Shown here in pieces: positions 9,598-18,898 of a stretch of 57,554 nt of DNA. The position numbers and the translations under genes were made by a program. The first letter of the stretch is position 1. The number at the start of each line of letters is the position of its first letter. The stretch comes from an uncultured virus (IMG/VR IMGVR_UViG_3300042297_000490) (taxonomy: Duplodnaviria; Heunggongvirae; Uroviricota; Caudoviricetes): the IMG/VR virus record IMGVR_UViG_3300042297_000490; one strand, 5' to 3'. The notes under the pieces were generated by a model that had not been told where the DNA came from, did not search any database, and worked only from the letters and a program-made list of their open reading frames with translations.

Positions 9598-11118
9598 ATG
9601 AGTTATTTCAATTCATCCTTTCGCAAGTCTTTTGTAGGCTCAAAGGGTACTCAAGCATCAGTTGCTAACACAACTGTAGCATTAAACAACGGTTTCGTAA
9701 TCGAAGCTGGTGTTCACACAAGAAGTTTATCAAAAGCTGCTGCTCCTTATGGATTAGGTGCAGGAAGTTATGGTTTCTTTGATCCAAAAACTTTCAAATC
9801 TGTTTTAACAGGTGTTGTTGGGGGTAGAGCGGTTCCATTACATTTAGCGGCTAGTTCGTTAATGAAAGATGACAAAATCGGTCCTTTCCATGGTGGATAC
9901 AATGAAGCAAACAAATCAAAATTGATTAATCCGTTGCACATTAACAAATTCTTTAAAGTTGTTGGTGCTGCAGCTGAACAAAATATTGTTCATATCGGTG
10001 CTACAAATTTAGATAACATTGTTGCTGCAATTACAACTCCAGGTACGATCACTACGAATGGTACGTTTCAAGACTTACCAACAACTGGTGGTGCTGGTTC
10101 TGGATTAACTGTTGACATTACTGTTGCAGGTGGTGTTATTACTGCAGTTGCTGTTCATGATAGAGGGAATGGTGCGTATGTTTCTACCAACGTATTAACA
10201 ATACCTACAAATGCTCTTGCTGGTTACACAGCAACAACTGCTCCAACAATCACATTGACTGTTGCTCCTTCTTGTGCAAACTTTGATTTCTTGTGTGGTG
10301 AAACATACAACTTGAGATTAGACTTGTATGGTTCTCCAGTATTAAGATTGTTAAATCATGATGCTTACAGAACATTAGCTGCTTACACAGGATGTTGTGC
10401 AAATGGTGCGGTTCCTTCTGCTGTTGATTCTACAACAGTAATGATTGATTGGGCTAAACAAATCATGGAAGATGTTTTCTTGAAAGATTTCATTCAACCA
10501 ATTGTTTACACTGAAGCAGGTGTTAAATTAGATACATTGGCATTAATGGACGCTTACGTTCCTGTTGCTCACGTTGCTGGTAAAGTTGCTGGTTTACGTT
10601 TAGTTGGTGCTTACATCGATACTGAATTTGGAGTTTGTTCTTTCCAAAAATCTGATTTCCAAGAAAGAGAGATCGTAAGAATCAAAGCATCTTTGACAGA
10701 TTTAACTGGTCTTCCATGTGACTTCAAAGGTATTTGTGTTCAAGAAGAATTTGCTGGATTTGCTGGTCAAGGTTTTGGTAGAACTGTATTGAAAGACGTT
10801 ATCTTAGATGAGTCTTATTTACAAAATCATTTCCATGATGATGCAAGATTACGTCAAATTAATCAAGGTGATCAATTATTTACTGCAATTCCTAATGTGT
10901 TATATACACGTTACGTAATTCAGCACGTAGTTCCTCGTCGCAATAACCCATCAAGTGTTTATGATGATGATCAATATTCATTGGTTATTTATGTACCAAC
11001 TGCTTCGGGAGCTGCTACAGATTTCGAAACATTTATGGCTGCATGGTTAACTGCTGCTGGACAAGGTGTTGCTTTAGAAACATTTGCTCACACAGCATTT
11101 ACTGCTGCTGTATTGTAA
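9598..11118 (+). CDS. Abundant structural protein, probable auxiliary capsid protein (506 aa)
   Basis: Codon bias like MCP, own promoter and terminator, synteny after the ring protein; Thr/Gly-rich inserted beta-module at about aa 140-225. Confidence 0.6.
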   Translation: MSYFNSSFRKSFVGSKGTQASVANTTVALNNGFVIEAGVHTRSLSKAAAPYGLGAGSYGFFDPKTFKSVLTGVVGGRAVPLHLAASSLMKDDKIGPFHGGYNEANKSKLINPLHINKFFKVVGAAAEQNIVHIGATNLDNIVAAITTPGTITTNGTFQDLPTTGGAGSGLTVDITVAGGVITAVAVHDRGNGAYVSTNVLTIPTNALAGYTATTAPTITLTVAPSCANFDFLCGETYNLRLDLYGSPVLRLLNHDAYRTLAAYTGCCANGAVPSAVDSTTVMIDWAKQIMEDVFLKDFIQPIVYTEAGVKLDTLALMDAYVPVAHVAGKVAGLRLVGAYIDTEFGVCSFQKSDFQEREIVRIKASLTDLTGLPCDFKGICVQEEFAGFAGQGFGRTVLKDVILDESYLQNHFHDDARLRQINQGDQLFTAIPNVLYTRYVIQHVVPRRNNPSSVYDDDQYSLVIYVPTASGAATDFETFMAAWLTAAGQGVALETFAHTAFTAAVL

Positions 11119-11141
11119 GAATTAAAATTAAGTTTCTTCAT

Positions 11142-11181
11142 AAAAAGGAGGATGGAGGTTTCTCTATTCTCCTTTTTTTTT
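11142..11181 (+). terminator. Rho-independent terminator
   Basis: AAGGAGGATGGAG-gttt-CTCTATTCTCCTT plus T run; immediately followed by TAACTTTG (-7-like) at 11181-11188. Confidence 0.8.
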
Positions 11182-11193
11182 AACTTTGACATT

Positions 11194-11754
11194 ATGACAA
11201 ACAAATTAAGTTTAAATATTCCTGATATTCAGACGGATTGCATCCTTCGAATTGAAGATACAAGTTGGTATGATCCGATTATGCCATACGTCTGTCCTAC
11301 ACTTCAAGTGTTAGTTCCTGGATTTAAAGATTGTGTGGAATTTAATTCTACCACTGTTCCTATAGTAGTAGAAAAGGGATTCATCTTTAATTTGAATGCG
11401 TGTGAATTAAAACTTCAAAGCGGACAATGCGGTGTATTATTTAATGAACTACCTGATGGTGTTTATGTAATAAAATATTCTATATCACCAAACGAACAAT
11501 TATACGTAGAGTATAATCATTTACGCATAACTGCAATCAAAAAACAACTGAAAGCAGAGTTATGTAAATTACAATTAGGTGCTTGTGAACCAGGTGCGGA
11601 AACAGATGCAAAGTTTAAAGACTTAATGCGTATTAGTGGATACATAGATGCAGCAAAAGCAAGTGTTGAATATTGCTTGGATGCAGAAAAAGGTATGGTT
11701 ATATTTAACTATGCTAAAAAATTATTAGATGCTTTTTCATGTAAAATATTTTAA
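11194..11754 (+). CDS. Cys-containing tail hub-like structural protein (start revised from 11152 to 11194)
   Basis: The track's ATG at 11152 lies inside the terminator stem; in-frame ATG 11194 gives MTNKLSLNI. Motif LPDGVYVIKYSISP. Confidence 0.6.
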   Translation: MTNKLSLNIPDIQTDCILRIEDTSWYDPIMPYVCPTLQVLVPGFKDCVEFNSTTVPIVVEKGFIFNLNACELKLQSGQCGVLFNELPDGVYVIKYSISPNEQLYVEYNHLRITAIKKQLKAELCKLQLGACEPGAETDAKFKDLMRISGYIDAAKASVEYCLDAEKGMVIFNYAKKLLDAFSCKIF

Positions 11755-11756
11755 TT

Positions 11757-11927
11757 ATGGCAATTTCATGTTCAAACTGCGGTACGTGTACGTGTGGCGG
11801 TTCTTATTTAGTAGTAGCATTAAATGGAGCACAGTGTTGTTCTGTATGCGTTAATTTGTATAACACACAAAATACACCAGTACAATCTGTACCACCAGTT
11901 GCACCAACTATTAAAACTAAACAGTAA
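11757..11927 (+). CDS. Small Cys-rich protein (56 aa, not in ORF track)
   Basis: MAISCSNCGTCTCGGSYLVVALNGAQCCSVCVNLY...KQ*; 7 Cys; stop overlaps the next ATG. Confidence 0.75.
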   Translation: MAISCSNCGTCTCGGSYLVVALNGAQCCSVCVNLYNTQNTPVQSVPPVAPTIKTKQ

Positions 11928-12565
11928 TGATACTTGATATACTTACAGGGTTTCAACCAAGGTTTCTTTATTTTGATTTAGAGGACTACGCTGGTACATA
12001 TTACACTTTTAGTGATGATGCCGCGTATAATGATAATAATGAATATTATCAACTCGTTCAATGTTGTAATGATGAACCTTGTAATATTGGTGGTCAACCC
12101 ACAATATTTTCTTTTAATGGTACAGCTAATACAGTACATCCAGATGATTTACTACAAAAAGTTATTACCTCAATAACTGATGAAAGCGGTAATATTGTTT
12201 GCGGTTGTTTTAAATTAGAAGAAGGTTGTTTGGTTGAAGGCATTAATGTAATTCCTTTTACAGAGTATTTTGCACAAGTAACAACAGTTGAAACTTGTGA
12301 AGAATGTCTTCCTGAACAAGTTATAATGGATGAAGGATTAGTAGTTACTAAAAAAATTATTTATGCTGAACCTGATTACAATAAATTAGATCCTGAAAAA
12401 GTCGAAACAATTATGTGTACTTTTGCAAGTGTTATTTTTAAAGAAATTCAGACATTAAAATTTGGAATTAAATTTTGTTGTCCTTCTGATTTTACATCAG
12501 CAAAAATTGATATGGAAGTTTTGAAATTAGATTTAATTACAGACAACTCTATTTGTTGTCCATAG
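11927..12565 (+). CDS. Cys-rich acidic protein, probable tail hub component (212 aa)
   Basis: Multiple CC and CxxC motifs; C-terminal KFGIKFCC motif. Confidence 0.55.
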   Translation: MILDILTGFQPRFLYFDLEDYAGTYYTFSDDAAYNDNNEYYQLVQCCNDEPCNIGGQPTIFSFNGTANTVHPDDLLQKVITSITDESGNIVCGCFKLEEGCLVEGINVIPFTEYFAQVTTVETCEECLPEQVIMDEGLVVTKKIIYAEPDYNKLDPEKVETIMCTFASVIFKEIQTLKFGIKFCCPSDFTSAKIDMEVLKLDLITDNSICCP

Positions 12566-12567
12566 AT

Positions 12568-12597
12568 TTGCTTTTTATTAAAAAATTAATTATATTA
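12568..12597 (+). promoter_or_regulatory. Putative promoter TTG-N20-TATATTA
   Basis: TTTG 12567-12570 and TATATTA 12591-12597, only 4 nt before the ATG at 12602. Confidence 0.55.
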
Positions 12598-12601
12598 TAG
12601 T

Positions 12602-13123
12602 ATGGGAAGACCGACAAATACAAAACCAACAGGATGCGTCACTACATCAAGTAATTGTGTAGTATGGCAAGGACCTGATATTCCTTTTTTACATTTATGT
12701 ACTGGGGATACTATTAGTGACGTATTAGCACAATTTGCAGAAAAGATTTGCTTGTTATTAACATACACAGATGTTAACAACTATGACGCTTCTTGTATTG
12801 TAGATACTTGTGATATGAAAACATTTATAGATTTAATTCAAGCAATTTTAGATGAGTTATGTATAATTAAAACTGGCGGTGCATCTACTACATCAACTGG
12901 AACTGTTGCTTCAGGTTGTCCTGATTGTGAAATTGTAGTAGCTGGTTGTTTTGAAAATGAAGTTGGTGGAACTGTTACACAAATTAACAACTACGTTAGT
13001 TTAATTGGATTAAAGGTGTGTGAGTTTTATAGAACGCTTCAAAATCAAAATCAAACTATAGCTAACATGCAAGTTCAAATTTTATCTTTACAAACAAAAG
13101 TTGATGCATTAATTACAGGATAA
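12602..13123 (+). CDS. Cys-rich fibre-associated protein with C-terminal coiled coil (173 aa)
   Basis: SSNCVVWQGPDIP..LCTGDTISDV motif, related to the N-terminal region of the 14579 protein; heptad-repeat C-terminus. Confidence 0.55.
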   Translation: MGRPTNTKPTGCVTTSSNCVVWQGPDIPFLHLCTGDTISDVLAQFAEKICLLLTYTDVNNYDASCIVDTCDMKTFIDLIQAILDELCIIKTGGASTTSTGTVASGCPDCEIVVAGCFENEVGGTVTQINNYVSLIGLKVCEFYRTLQNQNQTIANMQVQILSLQTKVDALITG

Positions 13124-13830
13124 TGGGAAATTCAATTAATATAAATAATCCAGTATGTTGCAACACTACAGTAACTCAAAGTTCTTGTGTTGTTTGTAAA
13201 CATCCATTGGAGTATTTGATAGATCAAATTTATAATTCTGATGTTAATCATGACATTAGTAATTTTATTGCAAAAGCAACAACGCTTTTAAATACAGGTA
13301 TCATTGCATCAAATGATGCTGGTATTTGTTGTCCTGACTGTAATGATAAATATGGATTTTATTTTTTAGGTGGATTAGCTAAATTTAATGCATTAGCAGT
13401 AACTTTTAAATTTAATACAACGTCAGTTTCATGTAAAGCACCATGTTGTTTAAATATTTATATAGATAAAGCTACACATGCAATATATAGCAGCAATATT
13501 AAAATTAAACCAGATTGTTGTAATACCAGTTTTACATCTGATGTAGCAATTCTTGGACAAATGATAAATAATCCTGCATTGTTTTCAGCAATGGGATTAA
13601 TTGAATTTAACACAATAAGAGAAGCTTCTTCTATAGGAACATTGGTAACATCTATAGCAGCAAAATATTCAGGTATAACTGAAACAGAATGGAGTGCAAT
13701 ATTCACAGCATTATTTGATACATTAGGTATAGTGGTTAAATGTTTTGATTGTGGAATTATAATTGCCAGCGCAAATACTTTTAATTCTTGGGCTGTAGCA
13801 AATAGTTATAATGATAAATCATGTTCTTAA
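13123..13830 (+). CDS. Cys-rich hypothetical protein, paralog A (235 aa)
   Basis: ICCPDCNDKYGFYFLG, aligns with the next gene. Confidence 0.7.
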   Translation: MGNSININNPVCCNTTVTQSSCVVCKHPLEYLIDQIYNSDVNHDISNFIAKATTLLNTGIIASNDAGICCPDCNDKYGFYFLGGLAKFNALAVTFKFNTTSVSCKAPCCLNIYIDKATHAIYSSNIKIKPDCCNTSFTSDVAILGQMINNPALFSAMGLIEFNTIREASSIGTLVTSIAAKYSGITETEWSAIFTALFDTLGIVVKCFDCGIIIASANTFNSWAVANSYNDKSCS

Positions 13831-13840
13831 ATAAAAAATT

Positions 13841-14557
13841 ATGTCAGTAGATTGTTTACCAGCACCATGTATAAACCCATTGGTGTTTTTAATAAAAGAA
13901 GTATTTGGAAGAGTTTCTGATGGGGTTTCAATGACTACAAGTTTAGATTCAGTTTTAGATTCTGGAATTTCTATTACATCTAGCGAAAATTTTTGTTGTC
14001 CTGATTGTAATTCAAAAAATGGTTTTTATTTTTTAGGTTCAGCTTATCGTTTTAATGATTTAATTGAAGAAAATGGTTTAGGTAATACTTTACCTTATGG
14101 TGTTCCTGAAGCTACTCCTTTTGATGTAAATCTAAAATACAGATGTTGTGTTAATTATCAATTACCTGTAGAACTTCGTGGTGAATATTTTAATCAATTT
14201 AAACCAACAGAAACTCAAACAAGCAATAATTTAGTTTATGATAAAACACCTACGTGTTGTTCAAATGATTTTGCTGCGTCAGTTCAAGAATTATTTATGT
14301 TAACTGGCACTGATACTACTGTTTTATTTGGGGGATTAGTTGAAGCATCTACGTTTAACGGAAAAAGTGGATTAGGTATTATGCTTAATCTTTTAAAAAC
14401 AATTTCACCTGCATTAAGTAAATTAGATTTAAGTGCATTTTTTATATTATTAATACAAAGAGGTATAGTTATACAATGCGATGGTTGTGATACAACTATT
14501 ATGACAACTGCTCAATATCGTTCATACATAACAGGGTATTTCTATAATCGCTACTAA
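13841..14557 (+). CDS. Cys-rich hypothetical protein, paralog B (238 aa)
   Basis: FCCPDCNSKNGFYFLG, aligns with the previous gene. Confidence 0.7.
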   Translation: MSVDCLPAPCINPLVFLIKEVFGRVSDGVSMTTSLDSVLDSGISITSSENFCCPDCNSKNGFYFLGSAYRFNDLIEENGLGNTLPYGVPEATPFDVNLKYRCCVNYQLPVELRGEYFNQFKPTETQTSNNLVYDKTPTCCSNDFAASVQELFMLTGTDTTVLFGGLVEASTFNGKSGLGIMLNLLKTISPALSKLDLSAFFILLIQRGIVIQCDGCDTTIMTTAQYRSYITGYFYNRY

Positions 14558-14578
14558 ATAAAATTAAACAATAAAATT

Positions 14579-15862
14579 ATGGGATGTTCATCATGTAATC
14601 AAACAACACCAACTCCACATGTACCATGTGCTGAATGTAATCCAGTTGCGTGTGCAGTTCCGCAACCTTGCGTTGAAGTTGTATCATCTGAATGTGTATT
14701 ACACGTTGGTGAAAATAAATTTTGTGGATCAGATAAGATCTATTCTAAAGGAGATTCCCTTGCAAAAATATTTTCATCTATAACAGATTACTATTGTGAT
14801 AAAACACATACGCCTGAAGATAAAATTGTAGGTGGTGTAACTATTTATAATGCTGGCGATGATGTTAATACATCATTGGAAAGCGTAGTTGATTATTTTC
14901 AAAATTTATTTTCAAATTTACCATCGCCTACTGGTGCAACTATTATTGATATTACACATGCGAATTTATTAAATTTAAAAGTAACTAATGCATTACAACG
15001 TGGTGAATATTACAGAATAACTGATTTTACTACAATGTATGATTTACCTGAATATTCAAGTCCTGCTACACGTGCTCTTCCAACAACGTTACAAACTGAA
15101 ACAGTAAGTCCGTTAATTGTATTTGCATTAAGTTCAAATCAATTACAACTTGAAGCATTTGATGTTGCATACCCAAAAGATATTATTCATTATCAACTTG
15201 AATACACAACTCCTGTTGGTGGCTTTACTACTTTAGGACGTATTCTTTATCGTAAAGATGAATATGGAAATGAAACAGATTATGATCACAGACGTGTTAA
15301 ATTTAAAAGATATAAAGATGCATTAGGTGTATTTTCATCATATTATGATTTAGGTTTAGGTAGCCAATTATTTCCTACATTTAATTTTAGTGGATTTAAT
15401 AGAGTTAGAAATACAAGTATAGCAGCTGTAGCACAATCTTACGTTAACTTGTTTGATTTACCTAATATTGTTTTTGCAAAATCAGCGGATAATGTAACAT
15501 TTAAAAATGATTCTGAAAACGGAACTTTTTTAGATCATGTATATAATACATCATTTTCTGGTGAATTTACTTCAAATTTATTTACAGGTACTTGTACAAA
15601 TGTATCATTTACTGGATTATTTAGATTTAATAAAATTAATTCAATGCTTAATGTAACAGGTTTATTATTTGATGGTAATATTACTGTAAATACATTTAAA
15701 AATACATCGATAGAAATTGATGTAGCAACTACAGATTTTACACCTGCATTACACGTTTATGCAAATTATAATAAAAAACTGTTTATGAACAGTGCCAATG
15801 GATTAAGGTTATCATATTATGATTCTGTAGATTCTGAACAAATTGCTAATATAACAGATTAA
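14579..15862 (+). CDS. Tail fibre/spike-like protein (427 aa)
   Basis: Cys-rich N-terminus, IDITHANLLNL...GEYYRITDF module, and Asn/Phe/Thr beta-helix-like repeats in the C-terminal half. Confidence 0.6.
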   Translation: MGCSSCNQTTPTPHVPCAECNPVACAVPQPCVEVVSSECVLHVGENKFCGSDKIYSKGDSLAKIFSSITDYYCDKTHTPEDKIVGGVTIYNAGDDVNTSLESVVDYFQNLFSNLPSPTGATIIDITHANLLNLKVTNALQRGEYYRITDFTTMYDLPEYSSPATRALPTTLQTETVSPLIVFALSSNQLQLEAFDVAYPKDIIHYQLEYTTPVGGFTTLGRILYRKDEYGNETDYDHRRVKFKRYKDALGVFSSYYDLGLGSQLFPTFNFSGFNRVRNTSIAAVAQSYVNLFDLPNIVFAKSADNVTFKNDSENGTFLDHVYNTSFSGEFTSNLFTGTCTNVSFTGLFRFNKINSMLNVTGLLFDGNITVNTFKNTSIEIDVATTDFTPALHVYANYNKKLFMNSANGLRLSYYDSVDSEQIANITD

Positions 15863-15872
15863 TTATTAAGAT

Positions 15873-17624
15873 ATGTCAAATTCAAGTTTTCAAATTATTG
15901 TTGTTCCGTTGGCTATTAATAGACCAGCATTAGGAACTTTGCCGCATGTTGCATATTATGTAGATGTTGATGATAAATATTATGTATGGAGAAATTCAGC
16001 ATGGGAAGAAATCTTTGGTGTTCCTGTAAATGGTATTAATGGTGTTAAAGGTGATCCAGGTGAAGATGGAAAATCAACTTTAAATGGTGCGGTTGTACCA
16101 TCAAATGCATTAGGCGTTGATGGAGATTTTTACATTAACACTGTTACATTAGATTTATATGGACCTAAAGCCGCAGGCGTTTGGGGTTCAGCTACATCAA
16201 TGCGTGGTTCTAATGGTACTAATGGTACAAACGGAACTAATGGTTCACAAGGACCTACAGGGCCATCTGGCCCCACAGGTCCAACCGGAGCTACTGGCCC
16301 AACTGGTGCTACTGGTATTCAAGGTAACCCTGGAGTTTCTCCTGGTGGATTAACTTGGAAAGGAACTTACAATGCAGCTACAACTTATGTTACAGATGAT
16401 ACTGTTTTGTATAATGGAGCTTCTTATTGGGTTTATAATGGACCTGTAACTGGAGTTACTCCAACAGCTAATGGAGCAGAATGGGCTTTATTAAGTACAG
16501 GTGGTGCAACTGGACCTACTGGACCTGCAGGTATTACAGGTCCAACTGGATCAACAGGACCTGCCGGCCCAACAGGACCTGCTGGACCTACTGGGTTAAC
16601 AGGTAGTGCTGGCGCAACTGGAAGTATTGGAGCAACTGGTCCAATTGGACCAACTGGTTCGACAGGAGCAGCTGGACAAAATGCTGTAACATGTGTAGTT
16701 TGGAACGGTCCTTTAACTTTTAGTACTGGTTTAAAAACATTTACATTATCTCCGGCTATTAATAATCTTGGATGGAAAATAGGAACTCGCGTAAAAATTT
16801 GGTTAGAGAATTCTTTTTGGATGGAAGGGATTGTAAATAATCTTATTGCCAATCCAACATCTACTGTAGTTATAAGTGTTGATTATGTAGTAGGTACAGG
16901 AACAATTACTGACACTTTTAATTTATGTATTGCTGGTGATCGCGGTGCTGTTGGAACAACTGGTCCTGCTGGAAAAACTGTTTTAAATGGAACAACTGTT
17001 CCAAGTAATATTTTAGGTGTTAATGGTGATTTCTATTTAGACACAACTACATACATTATGTATGGACCTAAAGCAGCTGGAATATGGTCAACTCCTGGTG
17101 TACAGTTAAGTAATCAATACATTATACCAAGTAAAACACAAGCAGAGATGCTTGCATTAACTGTTCCTGTTGGTTATCAAGTTTATAATACAGAAAAAAA
17201 TGCTGTTTATACATATAGTTTAAGAACAACTTTTTATGATTCATTTACTGGAGTTTATTCATATACTTATGGTTGGGTTTGTGATTCAATTCCAGAAATA
17301 TTTACTGTAACTGGTAGTTTTATATTAAGACCATGGCATAACAATAGTATTATTTATGTTAATTCCTCTAGTGCTGTAATAATTAGTACAAAAACATCAA
17401 GCTTTCTTAATGCATTGCCCCCTGTTGGATTTACATGTACAATTATTAGACAAGGTACAGGTGAAGTAAGTTTTGTTGGTGGAACAAGTGGAGTATCACC
17501 AGCACAACCGGAAATACTTAATTCAACTGGTGGTGAAAAAAGATTAAGAGTACAATATTCATTTGCAACAATGACACTTAATTCAGCCGGAGTTTGGTTT
17601 TTAGGTGGTGATTTAAAAGTATAA
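15873..17624 (+). CDS. Collagen-like tail fibre protein (583 aa)
   Basis: Gly-X-Y (GPTG) tracts, a duplicated 39-aa module, and a [22 protein letters not shown] chitin-binding-like module. Confidence 0.8.
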   Translation: MSNSSFQIIVVPLAINRPALGTLPHVAYYVDVDDKYYVWRNSAWEEIFGVPVNGINGVKGDPGEDGKSTLNGAVVPSNALGVDGDFYINTVTLDLYGPKAAGVWGSATSMRGSNGTNGTNGTNGSQGPTGPSGPTGPTGATGPTGATGIQGNPGVSPGGLTWKGTYNAATTYVTDDTVLYNGASYWVYNGPVTGVTPTANGAEWALLSTGGATGPTGPAGITGPTGSTGPAGPTGPAGPTGLTGSAGATGSIGATGPIGPTGSTGAAGQNAVTCVVWNGPLTFSTGLKTFTLSPAINNLGWKIGTRVKIWLENSFWMEGIVNNLIANPTSTVVISVDYVVGTGTITDTFNLCIAGDRGAVGTTGPAGKTVLNGTTVPSNILGVNGDFYLDTTTYIMYGPKAAGIWSTPGVQLSNQYIIPSKTQAEMLALTVPVGYQVYNTEKNAVYTYSLRTTFYDSFTGVYSYTYGWVCDSIPEIFTVTGSFILRPWHNNSIIYVNSSSAVIISTKTSSFLNALPPVGFTCTIIRQGTGEVSFVGGTSGVSPAQPEILNSTGGEKRLRVQYSFATMTLNSAGVWFLGGDLKV

Positions 17625-17626
17625 TT

Positions 17627-18220
17627 ATGCAAAATCATATAGGAACATTAAGACACAGAGATGTTGGTGTAACCCCTCCAATTACTGGTGGGGTTTTACA
17701 AATTGGTACAGGTTCCACACGTGTTTATAATTTGATATTAAATGGTTCAGATCAGTATGGTAAGACCGCTGTTATTTGGAAAGCTGCTGAATTAGGTGGT
17801 GCTAAAACTATTACAGCCATAAGTTTGTATTTTAGAAGTTATGCAACACCTAGATCTTTTCCTAATCAAGTGCTTAAACTAGCAATGGTTGATCAAGCTG
17901 TTTTTAGTGCAAGTCCGGACATGTCATTTGCAGGATTAACTCTTACTGGATTAGTTACTGCTAAAGCTGCTTTTACATTTGGAATATCAAATAATAATGT
18001 ATGGTATCAATTTACACTTGATACTCCTTTTGTTTATGATGGCGTAAAAAATCTTATGCTGGTTTGGGAAAATAACTGGGGTACATATCAAGGAGATTCT
18101 GGTGGTAATGATGGATCTACTATTATAAGTTCTGTTATAACAAAAGCAAGTGCTACTGCACCGGTTACAGGTGTAGGTACATTGACATCAAATAGACCAA
18201 ATATTAAAATACATTATTAA
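17627..18220 (+). CDS. Beta-sandwich fibre-tip / receptor-binding-like protein (197 aa)
   Basis: WYQFTLDTPFVYDGVKNLMLVWEN and RPNIK motifs resembling Bacteroidetes surface-protein domains. Confidence 0.5.
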   Translation: MQNHIGTLRHRDVGVTPPITGGVLQIGTGSTRVYNLILNGSDQYGKTAVIWKAAELGGAKTITAISLYFRSYATPRSFPNQVLKLAMVDQAVFSASPDMSFAGLTLTGLVTAKAAFTFGISNNNVWYQFTLDTPFVYDGVKNLMLVWENNWGTYQGDSGGNDGSTIISSVITKASATAPVTGVGTLTSNRPNIKIHY

Positions 18221-18239
18221 CTTTGAAAAAAAATTAATC

Positions 18240-18896
18240 ATGGGAGATTGCGAAAAAAATAGTTTATGTTCACCTGTTCCTAAAGGAGTACGTGGACCAC
18301 GCGGTTTTAAAGGTGATGCAGGGGAGAAAGGAGAGAAAGGAGAACAAGGTTTAGCTGGACCTCAAGGACCTTCTGGTTCTGGTGGAGATAAAGGTGATAA
18401 AGGTGATCCTGGACAATTAGGACCATCAGGACCTCCAGGAAAAGATGGAACGTCAGGACCTTTAGGACCAAGTGGTGCTTCTGGTGTTAATGGTACTGAT
18501 GGATTACAAGGTGCACCTGGACTTAAAGGTGATCAAGGTTTGCCAGGTGATAAAGGTAAAGATGGAAACTATGTTTCTGTTGTTGCTTCACAAAATATTG
18601 GATGTAGAGGTGGTGCTCAAATTGATTTGCACAATGGAACTGATAATGCAGTAAGTCAATCGTTTGTTATTGAAAATGGTTGTAATGGATTCGATGGTAG
18701 AGGTGTAGCAGTATTTGTTAGCCCAGCAAGTGGTTTTCCTGGTGGCGGTCCTAATGGTGAACCAACAAATGTAACTTTTCAAAATGTTTATGCGGCTATT
18801 CCAGGTTTTACTACTAACTTTATCGACACAACAGCTGTAGGTGGAACGTATGTTGCAAATAAACTACGTGCTGGAGATATTTGGATTAAACAATAA
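18240..18896 (+). CDS. Collagen-like protein (218 aa)
   Basis: About 30 Gly-X-Y triplets; preceded by TAACTTTG at 18218-18225. Confidence 0.8.
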   Translation: MGDCEKNSLCSPVPKGVRGPRGFKGDAGEKGEKGEQGLAGPQGPSGSGGDKGDKGDPGQLGPSGPPGKDGTSGPLGPSGASGVNGTDGLQGAPGLKGDQGLPGDKGKDGNYVSVVASQNIGCRGGAQIDLHNGTDNAVSQSFVIENGCNGFDGRGVAVFVSPASGFPGGGPNGEPTNVTFQNVYAAIPGFTTNFIDTTAVGGTYVANKLRAGDIWIKQ

Positions 18897-18898
18897 AT

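Noticed and set aside
11152..11193. N-terminal extension MEVSLFSFFFNFDI
   Set aside because: It lies within a terminator hairpin and poly-T tract; ATG 11194 is the better start.
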